DNA of 32,000 nucleotides from Mycobacterium tuberculosis H37Rv (GTDB lineage Bacteria; Actinomycetota; Actinomycetes; Mycobacteriales; Mycobacteriaceae): NCBI RefSeq assembly GCF_000195955.2, contig NC_000962.3, positions 300,001 to 332,000 of the forward strand, read 5' to 3'. Shown piece by piece: positions 24,567 to 32,000 of this stretch (position 1 is its first letter; each line of letters starts with the position of its first letter). The notes under the pieces were generated by a model. It saw only the letters and a program-made list of their open reading frames with translations, ran no database searches and was not told where the DNA came from. The position numbers and the translations under genes were made by a program.

Positions 24567-26249
24567 ATGCCTAACCTCACTGATCTGCCCGGGCAGGCCG
24601 TCTCCAAGCTCCAGAAGTCCATCGGACAGTACGTCGCGCGCGGCACTGCCGAGTTGCATTACCTGCGGAAGATCATCGAATCGGGCGCGATCGGGCTGGA
24701 GCCGCCGCTGAACTACGCCGCGCTCGCAGCCGATATCCGCAAGTGGGGGGAAGTCGGCATGCTGCCGTCGCACAATGCCAGGCGCGCCCCCAACCGGGCG
24801 GCCGTCATCGACGAAGAAGGCACGCTCACGTTTTCCGAACTCGACGAGGCCGCACACGCGGTGGCCAATGGCCTACTGGCCAAGGGTGTCCGCGCCGGGG
24901 ACGGCGTCGCCATCTTGGCGCGCAACCACCGCTGGTTTGTCATCGCCAACTACGGGGCGGCCCGAGTGGGGGCCCGCATCATCTTGCTCAACAGCGAGTT
25001 CTCCGGCCCGCAGATCAAAGAGGTGTCGGACCGTGAGGGCGCCAAGGTGATCATCTACGACGACGAGTACACCAAGGCCGTCAGCTTGGCCCAGCCACCG
25101 TTGGGCAAGCTGCGGGCGCTTGGTGTCAATCCCGACGACGACAAGCCGTCGGGCAGCTCCGACGAAACGTTGGCCGAGCTGATTGCGCACAGCAGCACCG
25201 CGCCCGCCCCGAAGGCGAGCCGCCGTGCGTCGATCATCATTTTGACCAGCGGCACCACCGGCACCCCGAAGGGGGCGAACCGTAACACACCGCCGACGCT
25301 GGCTCCGATCGGCGGCATTTTGTCGCACGTGCCGTTCAAGGCCGGCGAGGTGACGCTGTTGCCGTCGCCGATGTTCCATGCGCTGGGTTACATGCACGCC
25401 GCGCTCGCCATGTTCCTGGGCTCGACGCTGGTGCTGCGGCGGCGGTTCAAGCCCGCGTTGGTGCTGGAAGACATCGAAAAGCACAAGGCGACATCCATGG
25501 TCGTTGTACCAGTGATGCTGTCGCGGATCCTCGACCAGCTGGAGAAAACCGAACCCAAGCCCGACTTGTCGAGCTTGAAGATCGTGTTCGTATCCGGATC
25601 GCAATTGGGTGCCGAGCTGGCCACCCGCGCGCTGGGGGACCTCGGCCCGGTCATCTACAACATGTACGGCTCGACCGAGGTCGCGTTCGCCACCATCGCC
25701 GGCCCCAAGGATCTGCAGTTCAACCCCAGCACGGTGGGGCCCGTCGTCAAGGGGGTGACGGTTAAGATCCTCGACGAGAACGGCAATGAGGTGCCGCAGG
25801 GTGCCGTTGGCCGGATCTTTGTGGGCAATGCCTTCCCGTTCGAGGGTTACACCGGCGGCGGTGGCAAGCAGATCATCGACGGCCTGTTGTCGTCCGGCGA
25901 CGTCGGCTACTTCGACGAGCGCGGCCTGCTGTATGTGAGCGGCCGCGACGACGAGATGATCGTCTCTGGTGGTGAGAACGTGTTTCCCGCCGAAGTCGAG
26001 GATCTGATCAGCGGGCATCCCGACGTGGTGGAGGCCGCCGCGATCGGCGTCGACGATAAGGAGTTCGGTGCCCGGCTGCGCGCGTTCGTGGTCAAGAAGC
26101 CGGGAGCTGACCTCGACGAGGACACCATCAAGCAGTACGTACGCGATCATCTTGCCCGCTACAAGGTGCCGCGGGAGGTGATCTTCCTCGACGAGCTACC
26201 GCGCAACCCCACCGGCAAGGTCCTCAAACGTGAGCTACGCAAGCTGTAG
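24567..26249 (+). CDS. fadD2: Fatty-acid/acyl-CoA ligase FadD2 (ANL adenylate-forming family)
   Basis: 560 aa. AMP-binding motifs IILTSGTTGTPKG, YGSTE, GDVGYFDERGLLYVSGRDDEMIVSGGENVFP and the terminal PRNPTGKVLKREL. Confidence 0.92.
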   Translation: MPNLTDLPGQAVSKLQKSIGQYVARGTAELHYLRKIIESGAIGLEPPLNYAALAADIRKWGEVGMLPSHNARRAPNRAAVIDEEGTLTFSELDEAAHAVANGLLAKGVRAGDGVAILARNHRWFVIANYGAARVGARIILLNSEFSGPQIKEVSDREGAKVIIYDDEYTKAVSLAQPPLGKLRALGVNPDDDKPSGSSDETLAELIAHSSTAPAPKASRRASIIILTSGTTGTPKGANRNTPPTLAPIGGILSHVPFKAGEVTLLPSPMFHALGYMHAALAMFLGSTLVLRRRFKPALVLEDIEKHKATSMVVVPVMLSRILDQLEKTEPKPDLSSLKIVFVSGSQLGAELATRALGDLGPVIYNMYGSTEVAFATIAGPKDLQFNPSTVGPVVKGVTVKILDENGNEVPQGAVGRIFVGNAFPFEGYTGGGGKQIIDGLLSSGDVGYFDERGLLYVSGRDDEMIVSGGENVFPAEVEDLISGHPDVVEAAAIGVDDKEFGARLRAFVVKKPGADLDEDTIKQYVRDHLARYKVPREVIFLDELPRNPTGKVLKRELRKL

Positions 26250-26265
26250 CTGCTCGCGCGGGTAC

Positions 26266-28461
26266 TTACGGGTCGCGGGGTAGGCCCAGCAACCGCTCGG
26301 CGATGATGTTGAGCTGGACCTCCGACGTGCCCCCGTAGATGGTGGTGGCCCGGCTGGCTAGCAGGTACTCGCCCCACTTGCCGGGCAATCGCTCTGTGTC
26401 GCCGATCACCGCATCGGTGCCAAAGGACGACACCGCGAATTCGGCATAACCCTGGCCGGTGCGCATGGACAACAGCTTGGAGATCGCCGCCGGCGCCATC
26501 GGGTCACCCCCGGCCAGCGTCAACAGCGTGGAGCGCAAGTTGAGCAGCTTGGTGGCGTGGCCCTCGGCGATCAATTGCCCGGCACGGTGTCGCGCGACCT
26601 GGTCGAACTGTCCTTCGAAACGGTAATCGCGAACGAAGTCGACGAACTCGCCCAGGGTGGGGAGGAAGGTCGAATCGCTGCCGCCGATCGACACCCGCTC
26701 GGCCGTCAGGGTGTTGCGGCTGACCTCCCACCCCCGGTTCACCTCCCCGAGCACCAACTCGTCGGGGACGAACACGTCGTCGAGGTAGACGGTGTTGAAA
26801 AACTCCTTACCCGTGAGCTCGCGCAGCGGCTTCACTTGTACGCCTTCGCTTTTCATGTCCAGCAGGAAGTAGGTGATGCCGTTGTGCTTGGGCGCCGACG
26901 GGTCCGTCCGCGCCAGCAGCGCACCCCATTGGGAGTACTGCGCGCCGGTGGTCCAGATCTTCTGACCAGTGATGCGCCAGCCACCGTCGACCCGGGTGGC
27001 CTTGGTTGCCAGGCTAGCCAGGTCCGATCCCGCGCCCGGCTCGGAGAACAGCTGGCACCAGAAAATGTCGCCTCGGAACGTTGGCGGCAGGAGGCGCTGC
27101 TTCTGATTGTCGGTTCCGAACGCGACGATCGACGGCACGATCCACGTCGCGATGGCAATCTGCGGCCGCTTGACCCGCCCGGCGGTGAACTCCTGGGCGA
27201 TGATGATCTGCTCGACCGGGCTGGCGGCCCGACCCCACGGCTTGGGCAGATATGGCAGCACCCACCCACCTTCGGCGATCGCGACAGTGCGCGGCTCTCG
27301 CGGCATCGCCTTCAGCGCGGCGACTTCGGCCCGGATCTGGGCCCGCAGCTTCTCGGTAGAGGGGTCCAGGTCGATGTCTACCGGACGCATACCGGCAGTC
27401 GTCGCGGTGTCCACCACCCGCTGCGGATACTCCGAGCCGCGGCCAAAGCACGCGGCCAGCATCAACGCCCGGCGGTAGTAGACGTTCGTGTCATGCTCCC
27501 AGGTGAAGCCGATGCCGCCGTGCACCTGAATGCAGTCCTGCGTGCAGCGCTGAGCGGTCGCCGGTGCCAGCGTCGCCGCCACCGCCGCCGCGAATTCGAC
27601 GTCGGAGCTAGATTCGCCCGCGTCGTCTAAGGCTCGCGCCGCGTCCCACACCGCGGCGGTGGCCCGCTCGGTGTCAGCGATCATCTCGGCGCACTTGTGC
27701 TTGATCGCCTGGAATTGCCCGATCGGCCGGCCGAATTGTTCGCGGATCTTGGCATATGCCGACGCGGTGTCGGTCGCCCACCGCGCGACGCCAACGGCTT
27801 CAGCGGACAGCAGGGTGGACATCAGCGCGTGAGCGGTCGTCATCGTGAGGTTGCTCAGCAGGGCGTCGTCGCTGACGTCGACCGCGTTGGCCCGAACATG
27901 CGCGATGGGCCGCAACGGATCCAGGCTCTTGACCGCTTCGATCTCGAGCTGATCGTTGCGCAGTACAACCCACTCGTCACGGCTTTCGATGGCCACCGGT
28001 AGCACCAGAACGGAGGCTTGCGCCGCGGCCGGAACCGCGCGGACTTCGCCCCGGATCACCAGCACGTCGCCATGGCGGGTGGCGGTCAGCCCGGAATCTA
28101 GCGCGTAGGCGGCGATGGCCGCACCGGTTGCCAGTTCGGCGAGGACTTTGGCTTGCGGATCATGGGCTGCGATCAGCGCGCTGGCGATCGCCGACGGCAC
28201 GAACGGCCCGGGCACGGCGCCGTAGCCGAACTCGGCAAGCACCACCGCTAGCTCGAGGATGCCGAAACCCTGGCCGCCGACCGACTCGGCCAGATGCACA
28301 CCCTGCAAGCCTTGTTCGGCCGCGGCCTGCCAGTAAGGCGGCGGGTTTTCGACCGGTGATTCTAGCGCCGCGTGCAGCACCTCGGACGGCGCTACCCGCG
28401 CCACCAGGGAACGCACCGAATCGGCCAGCTCATAATGCTCAGGAGTAATAGCGATCGACAT
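26266..28461 (-). CDS. fadE6: Acyl-CoA dehydrogenase FadE6, a tandem double-ACAD polypeptide
   Basis: 731 aa from ATG 28461 (MSIAITPEHYEL), preceded by GGGAAGG. Two ACAD-like halves: the N-half ends IQVHGGIGFTWEHD, the C-half ends TIYGGTSEVQLNIIAERLLGLPRDP. The track start 28497 adds 12 unsupported codons. Confidence 0.9.
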   Translation of the reverse strand: MSIAITPEHYELADSVRSLVARVAPSEVLHAALESPVENPPPYWQAAAEQGLQGVHLAESVGGQGFGILELAVVLAEFGYGAVPGPFVPSAIASALIAAHDPQAKVLAELATGAAIAAYALDSGLTATRHGDVLVIRGEVRAVPAAAQASVLVLPVAIESRDEWVVLRNDQLEIEAVKSLDPLRPIAHVRANAVDVSDDALLSNLTMTTAHALMSTLLSAEAVGVARWATDTASAYAKIREQFGRPIGQFQAIKHKCAEMIADTERATAAVWDAARALDDAGESSSDVEFAAAVAATLAPATAQRCTQDCIQVHGGIGFTWEHDTNVYYRRALMLAACFGRGSEYPQRVVDTATTAGMRPVDIDLDPSTEKLRAQIRAEVAALKAMPREPRTVAIAEGGWVLPYLPKPWGRAASPVEQIIIAQEFTAGRVKRPQIAIATWIVPSIVAFGTDNQKQRLLPPTFRGDIFWCQLFSEPGAGSDLASLATKATRVDGGWRITGQKIWTTGAQYSQWGALLARTDPSAPKHNGITYFLLDMKSEGVQVKPLRELTGKEFFNTVYLDDVFVPDELVLGEVNRGWEVSRNTLTAERVSIGGSDSTFLPTLGEFVDFVRDYRFEGQFDQVARHRAGQLIAEGHATKLLNLRSTLLTLAGGDPMAPAAISKLLSMRTGQGYAEFAVSSFGTDAVIGDTERLPGKWGEYLLASRATTIYGGTSEVQLNIIAERLLGLPRDP

Positions 28462-28510
28462 TGCTCGCCTTCCCATGCTGTTGGACGTTTCGGCCAAGCA
28501 CCTTCCAAGC

Positions 28511-28534
28511 TAACAACCGGTGGGTCGGTTATTA
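28511..28534. promoter_or_regulatory. Candidate operator: 9-bp inverted repeat (8/9) with 6-nt spacer upstream of fadE6
   Basis: TAACAACCG-gtgggt-CGGTTATTA lies 50-73 nt upstream of the fadE6 ATG in the 113-nt gap after the hydrolase gene. Confidence 0.35.
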
Positions 28535-28574
28535 ACGTTGGCTAGCGGATGGCCGGCGAAATGGGTGAGAACAC

Positions 28575-29708
28575 TCAGCGCCACCGCTTGGCTATCCACT
28601 TGGCGATGGTGTCGGCCTGCTCGCTGCGGGCGCCCGGGGTGGTGAAGTAATGGTCGGTGTCGATCGAGACCTGAGTCTTGTCGCTGCTGGCGAGCCCGTC
28701 GTAGATCTGCTGGGCATCCGACGGGAAGATTCCGGTGTCGGCCTCGGCGTTGAGCACCAGGGCCGGGCAGGTGATCCGGGCCAGGTGGGGTGCGGCACGG
28801 GTTTGGGCCACCCGCAGGCTCCACATGCCCAGCCAGCCGCGCAGCGTGCAGGCCGCGGCGATGCCGTGTGCGGAGCGGTTCGCCTTCACCGGCGTGCCCG
28901 CGTAGCACTGGTTGGGCCGACGCTTGGTCGGTTCGATGCTGGGATCGACCATGCGCGGGTCGGCCCAGGTACGCATCACGCTGAACGGCCGATCAGAAAA
29001 GCCAGCTGCGCGAACACGTTTGAGTTCGGATTCGGCCCAGTCGGTGATGGTGTGGTTGCGTTTGACCTGCGCGGAGCGATACCGGCTGATAAACTCCGGT
29101 GAGTACGGCGGCCCGTTGCGTTCGTCGAACAGGTCAAGTTCGGGATCGGTTGCAACCGGATCATTTTCGTCAATGACGGCGGCGTCCATCCAAGCGGTGA
29201 GCACATCCGGACGGCCGGGATGAGCTGCGGCGGCAACGTATGCGTCGGCGGCCGGCAATTCGGTTACCCCGGCTGCGGGTCGCATACCGTCCAGGGGAGT
29301 CACGTTCGGATCGACCGCTTGTGATTGGTAGGCGGCCATCAATGAGCCACCACCTGAATTGCCAAGCAACACCACTGTTTCCACGCCCTGAACTTCGCGG
29401 AGCCAGCGCACCCCGACGCCGATGTCGACCAGTGCGTGATCGAGCAGAAAGCTGCTTTCGAAACCACGGAATCGGGTGTTCCAGCCCAGAAACCCGATGC
29501 CGCGGATCGCCATGTACTCGGCGAGATAGTGCTCGGAGAAATCGATCTGGTAGTGCGCGGCGATGAGCGCCACCTTCGGTTTGCGTCCCACGCTGTGGTG
29601 GTACAGCCCCTGGCATGGGTGCCCACCGGCAGCCGCACGCCCCGCGGTTCGCGACGGCAGCCCGACGAACTCTCGGATGACCCCGGGCGTGGCAGCACGA
29701 CCAGTCAA
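28575..29708 (-). CDS. Alpha/beta-hydrolase-fold protein (Rv0272c-like)
   Basis: 377 aa. Nucleophile elbow VVLLGNSGGGSLMA (G-x-S-x-G). A TTG start overlaps the upstream TetR stop (TTGA at 29708-29705). Confidence 0.75.
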   Translation of the reverse strand: MTGRAATPGVIREFVGLPSRTAGRAAAGGHPCQGLYHHSVGRKPKVALIAAHYQIDFSEHYLAEYMAIRGIGFLGWNTRFRGFESSFLLDHALVDIGVGVRWLREVQGVETVVLLGNSGGGSLMAAYQSQAVDPNVTPLDGMRPAAGVTELPAADAYVAAAAHPGRPDVLTAWMDAAVIDENDPVATDPELDLFDERNGPPYSPEFISRYRSAQVKRNHTITDWAESELKRVRAAGFSDRPFSVMRTWADPRMVDPSIEPTKRRPNQCYAGTPVKANRSAHGIAAACTLRGWLGMWSLRVAQTRAAPHLARITCPALVLNAEADTGIFPSDAQQIYDGLASSDKTQVSIDTDHYFTTPGARSEQADTIAKWIAKRWR

Positions 29709-30325
29709 TTTGAGCTGTCCTCCTTACTGTAGATGGCGCGGTAGTAAATGTTGGCCAAGGTCTGGATGCACGCCTGATCGTCAGGTTGTCCACGGCGTGA
29801 ACGCTTACCGCTGAGCTGCAGGTAGCAAAACTGGTTGAACATTGCCACAATCGCCTCGGCCATCAACTGGGGGTCATCGCCGACGCAATAGCCGTGCGCC
29901 TGAGCGCGTTTGACCGTCTCGGTGATGAACGATATTGGAATCTGGCATATTTCGGACCAGTATTGCGCGAAGTCGTCACTGACCATCGCCAACTGTGACA
30001 CGCTGATCGCTTCTGCGAGGCGGTTGCGGTAGGTGTACCAATGGGCGGCAGCGGCTTCATACGCGCGCTCGCGGTCGGATAGGCCGTGCCGGATCACCGA
30101 CAATGCCCGCTGGTTGGCGTCGTCGCGGAAGCGCAGCGCCCACTGCCGGACCATCGCCTCTTTGGAGTCGTAGTAGTTGTAAAAGGATGCCGCCGAGCGG
30201 CCGGCTTCGGCGGTGATGTCGGCGACGGTGGTCGCCAGGATTCCGTTGCGCACCACGACCGTCCGCGCGGCGGCGTCGATTGCGGCCTGGGTCCGCCGAC
30301 CGCGTTGCGTCGGGAAGTCCGGCAC
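29705..30325 (-). CDS. TetR-family transcriptional regulator (Rv0273c-like)
   Basis: 206 aa from GTG 30325, preceded by GGGAGG. HTH: ILATTVADITAEAGRSAASFYNYYDSKEAMV. The 381-aa track ORF extends through the antisense of the next gene and is rejected. Confidence 0.85.
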   Translation of the reverse strand: MPDFPTQRGRRTQAAIDAAARTVVVRNGILATTVADITAEAGRSAASFYNYYDSKEAMVRQWALRFRDDANQRALSVIRHGLSDRERAYEAAAAHWYTYRNRLAEAISVSQLAMVSDDFAQYWSEICQIPISFITETVKRAQAHGYCVGDDPQLMAEAIVAMFNQFCYLQLSGKRSRRGQPDDQACIQTLANIYYRAIYSKEDSSN

Positions 30326-30348
30326 CTGGGCACCTCCCTGGAACAAAA

Positions 30349-30370
30349 CTGAACCTGATGTTAGATTCAG
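30349..30370. promoter_or_regulatory. Candidate TetR operator in the divergent Rv0273c/Rv0274-like intergenic region
   Basis: In ctgaacctgatgttagattcag the outer 5 bp are perfectly inverted (8/11 pairs overall). It overlaps the tandem gattca-gattca (30364-30375) in an unusually AT-rich stretch. Confidence 0.35.
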
Positions 30371-30421
30371 ATTCAGAGCTTGGCCAGGCCGCCGTCCCGG
30401 GGAGCCAATGGGAGCCGCACG

Positions 30422-31003
30422 ATGATCAAGCCGCACAACACCAACACCGAATTCGAGCTTGGTGGGATCAACCACGTCGCGCTGGTGTGTTCGGACATGG
30501 CGCGCACCGTGGACTTCTACAGCAACATCCTGGGGATGCCGCTGATCAAGGCGCTCGATCTGCCCGGCGGCCAAGGGCAGCACTTCTTCTTTGACGCCGG
30601 CAACGGCGATTGTGTCGCCTTCTTCTGGTTCGCCGATGCACCTGATCGGGTGCCCGGTCTTTCGTCGCCGGTTGCCATCCCCGGCATCGGCGACATCACC
30701 AGCGCGGTGAGCACCATGAACCATCTGGCGTTTCATGTACCCGCCGAAAGGTTCGACGCCTACCGGCAGCGGCTCAAGGACAAAGGCGTGCGGGTCGGCC
30801 CGGTGCTCAACCATGACGACAGCGAGACGCAGGTGTCCGCGGTGGTGCATCCCGGTGTGTACGTACGCTCGTTCTACTTCCAGGACCCCGATGGGATAAC
30901 TCTGGAATTCGCTTGCTGGACAAAGGAATTCACTACGAGCGACGCGCAGGCCGTGCCGAAGACGGCGGCTGACCGGCGACCTCCGGTGGCTGCGGATCGT
31001 TAG
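30422..31003 (+). CDS. VOC-family (glyoxalase / bleomycin-resistance / extradiol dioxygenase fold) protein (Rv0274-like)
   Basis: 193 aa from ATG 30422 (MIKPHNTNTEFELGGINHVALVCSDMARTVDFY...NHLAFHV...SFYFQDPDGITLEF), a two beta-alpha-beta-beta-beta module pattern. Confidence 0.8.
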   Translation: MIKPHNTNTEFELGGINHVALVCSDMARTVDFYSNILGMPLIKALDLPGGQGQHFFFDAGNGDCVAFFWFADAPDRVPGLSSPVAIPGIGDITSAVSTMNHLAFHVPAERFDAYRQRLKDKGVRVGPVLNHDDSETQVSAVVHPGVYVRSFYFQDPDGITLEFACWTKEFTTSDAQAVPKTAADRRPPVAADR

Positions 31004-31658
31004 CCCCGGATTTGGCAGCTGTTGCCGCTACCCGGGGACGGGACAAGTTTGGGTCGGTGAGTTCATCGAGCAGCGCAGCTAGCTGATCGACCAGCTGGTC
31101 GGGATCGAGTCGCACGTCACCGGCCAGCCAGGCGCTGATGGTCTGCCCGACGCCGCCGACGGCGAAGTGTGCGACCGCCTTGACGTGGTCATTTGCCGGT
31201 GCGTGCAGGGTGTCGACGGCATGTTGGCCGGACAGCATGGCGAACAGGGCGCTGGATTCCGCACGCTTGCGGGTGATCACTGCGTTGGCCAGCTGTGTGC
31301 TGAACAGCAGGCGTCCGACGCGGGCGTCTGCGGTGATGGTCCGCACGATGTTGGCCATGCCCGCGCGAGTCTGCTCCCGCGCCGGTACCGCCGTGACCGC
31401 GGCCTGAGTGGTGGCGACCAGCTCGGCCACCACCCAGTCGAACACGCGGCCGACGAATTCGTCCTTGTCGGTGAAGCTTTCGTAGAAGTAGCGCACCGAC
31501 AGGCCGGCCCGCCGGCAAATGGTGCGGATGGTTAGCTCGGCGATGTCGTGCTGGTCGGACCCCAACAGGTCCAGGCCGGCAGAGAGCGACTGGCGACGGC
31601 GCGTCGCCAGTCGCTCGGCGGCCTCGACGCCGCGGTAGGGTCGATCACTGCGCGTCAT
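30933..31658 (-). CDS. TetR-family transcriptional regulator (Rv0275c-like)
   Basis: 241 aa from ATG 31658 (MTRSDRPYRG). HTH: LTIRTICRRAGLSVRYFYESFTDKDEFV. Its 3' end overlaps the convergent VOC gene by 71 nt. Confidence 0.85.
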   Translation of the reverse strand: MTRSDRPYRGVEAAERLATRRRQSLSAGLDLLGSDQHDIAELTIRTICRRAGLSVRYFYESFTDKDEFVGRVFDWVVAELVATTQAAVTAVPAREQTRAGMANIVRTITADARVGRLLFSTQLANAVITRKRAESSALFAMLSGQHAVDTLHAPANDHVKAVAHFAVGGVGQTISAWLAGDVRLDPDQLVDQLAALLDELTDPNLSRPRVAATAAKSGANDPQPPEVAGQPPSSARPARRS

Positions 31659-31700
31659 ACGGATCATCTTGACACTCGGGCACGATACCGGCCAATATCA

Positions 31701-31716
31701 GGATACAGGTGTTTCC
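31701..31716. promoter_or_regulatory. Candidate TetR operator in the divergent Rv0275c/Rv0276-like intergenic region
   Basis: GGATACAGGTGTTTCC forms 6 of 8 symmetric pairs, downstream of a TTGACA hexamer (31670-31675). Confidence 0.3.
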
Positions 31717-31747
31717 ATAATTAGCGGCAGCGCCGGGAGGCCTTCGG

Positions 31748-32000
31748 ATGGCGATTTCGCTGGTGGCTCACCAGCCCATCCCCCACGTCGAGCGTCCCAT
31801 GGCCGACCCACCCCGTCTCCAGCTGGCCAGGCGCCGGCGATCGGCGGCCGGCCCCGGCGGTAACGAGGACAGCTTGATGGGAGTGGCGCTGCTAGCCGGC
31901 CCGGCCAACGTGATCATGGAGTTGGCGATGCCGGGTGTCGGCTACGGCGTGTTGGAGAGCCGTGTCGAAAGCGGCCGGCTGGACCGCCATCCGATCAAGC
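31748..32000 (+). CDS. 5' part of a DUF2236 / MpaB-like oxygenase-family protein (Rv0276-like); continues beyond the right window edge
   Basis: Not in the ORF track (no stop in-window). Hand translation from ATG 31748: [84 protein letters not shown]. The [16 protein letters not shown]...HPIK pattern is typical of that family. GGGAGG lies 10 nt upstream. The start codon is uncertain (alternative M18). Confidence 0.65.
   Translation, partial: MAISLVAHQPIPHVERPMADPPRLQLARRRRSAAGPGGNEDSLMGVALLAGPANVIMELAMPGVGYGVLESRVESGRLDRHPIK

Noticed and set aside
24873-26150. 425-aa minus-strand ORF overlapping fadD2
   Set aside because: It is antisense to a gene carrying all the AMP-binding motifs, and its low-complexity product has no recognisable domain.
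26557-27630. 357-aa plus-strand ORF overlapping fadE6
   Set aside because: It is antisense to the double-ACAD gene, with no motifs and off-frame-style composition.
29705-30850. 381-aa long form of the TetR ORF
   Set aside because: The N-terminal ~175 codons run antisense through the VOC-family gene and the AT-rich intergenic region. A GTG at 30325 with a GGGAGG SD gives a normal 206-aa TetR starting just before the HTH.
31669-31863. 64-aa plus-strand ORF at the right end
   Set aside because: It is in a different frame from the open-ended ORF starting at 31748, whose translation shows the MpaB/DUF2236-type pattern. The 64-aa product is Gly/Pro/Arg-rich.

Overview
High-GC (about 65%) actinobacterial chromosome segment. 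From the encoded proteins (PPE2, AAC(2')-Ic, Acr2, NirBD, NarK3/NarU, OplA, FadD2/FadE6) I recognise it from memory, not from a search, as the Mycobacterium tuberculosis complex region corresponding to H37Rv loci Rv0248c to Rv0276. The window is gene-dense core chromosome. I found no rRNA, tRNA, CRISPR array or intact IS element.

Gene content, left to right:
- Sdh1 flavoprotein (truncated by the window edge) and its membrane anchor.
- The heat-shock gene acr2 plus a small acidic ORF.
- nirBD, encoding the assimilatory nitrite reductase.
- A PPE2-cobQ1-cobU operon preceded by a cobalamin riboswitch and a 35-codon uORF.
- A narK3 / HemD-winged-helix fusion / CbiX-type chelatase / TetR-C-domain-only string.
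- An oplA-fecB2-pxpB-pxpC-aac co-directional string.
- narU.
- A decayed reverse-order RelE/ParE-Phd/YefM toxin-antitoxin locus, hidden inside one annotated-style 169-aa ORF.
- A stand-alone LigD-like primase-polymerase.
- fadD2, fadE6, an alpha/beta hydrolase, two TetR regulators, a VOC-family protein, and the start of an MpaB/DUF2236-like gene.

Most second-look value:
1. The riboswitch, uORF and PPE2 translational coupling, together with a PPE protein sitting as the first cistron of a B12 operon.
2. The frameshifted toxin with a surviving antitoxin.
3. The tetrapyrrole-enzyme/DNA-binding fusion embedded in a nitrite/siroheme module, with a 31-bp palindrome and shared GTTCAC-N5 boxes.
4. Two unrelated 5-oxoprolinase systems in one gene string ending in aac.
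5. A 370-bp unassigned, inverted-repeat-rich stretch next to the riboswitch.

Limits: all start-codon choices, motif calls and structures come from reading and hand-translating the sequence. None has been computationally verified.
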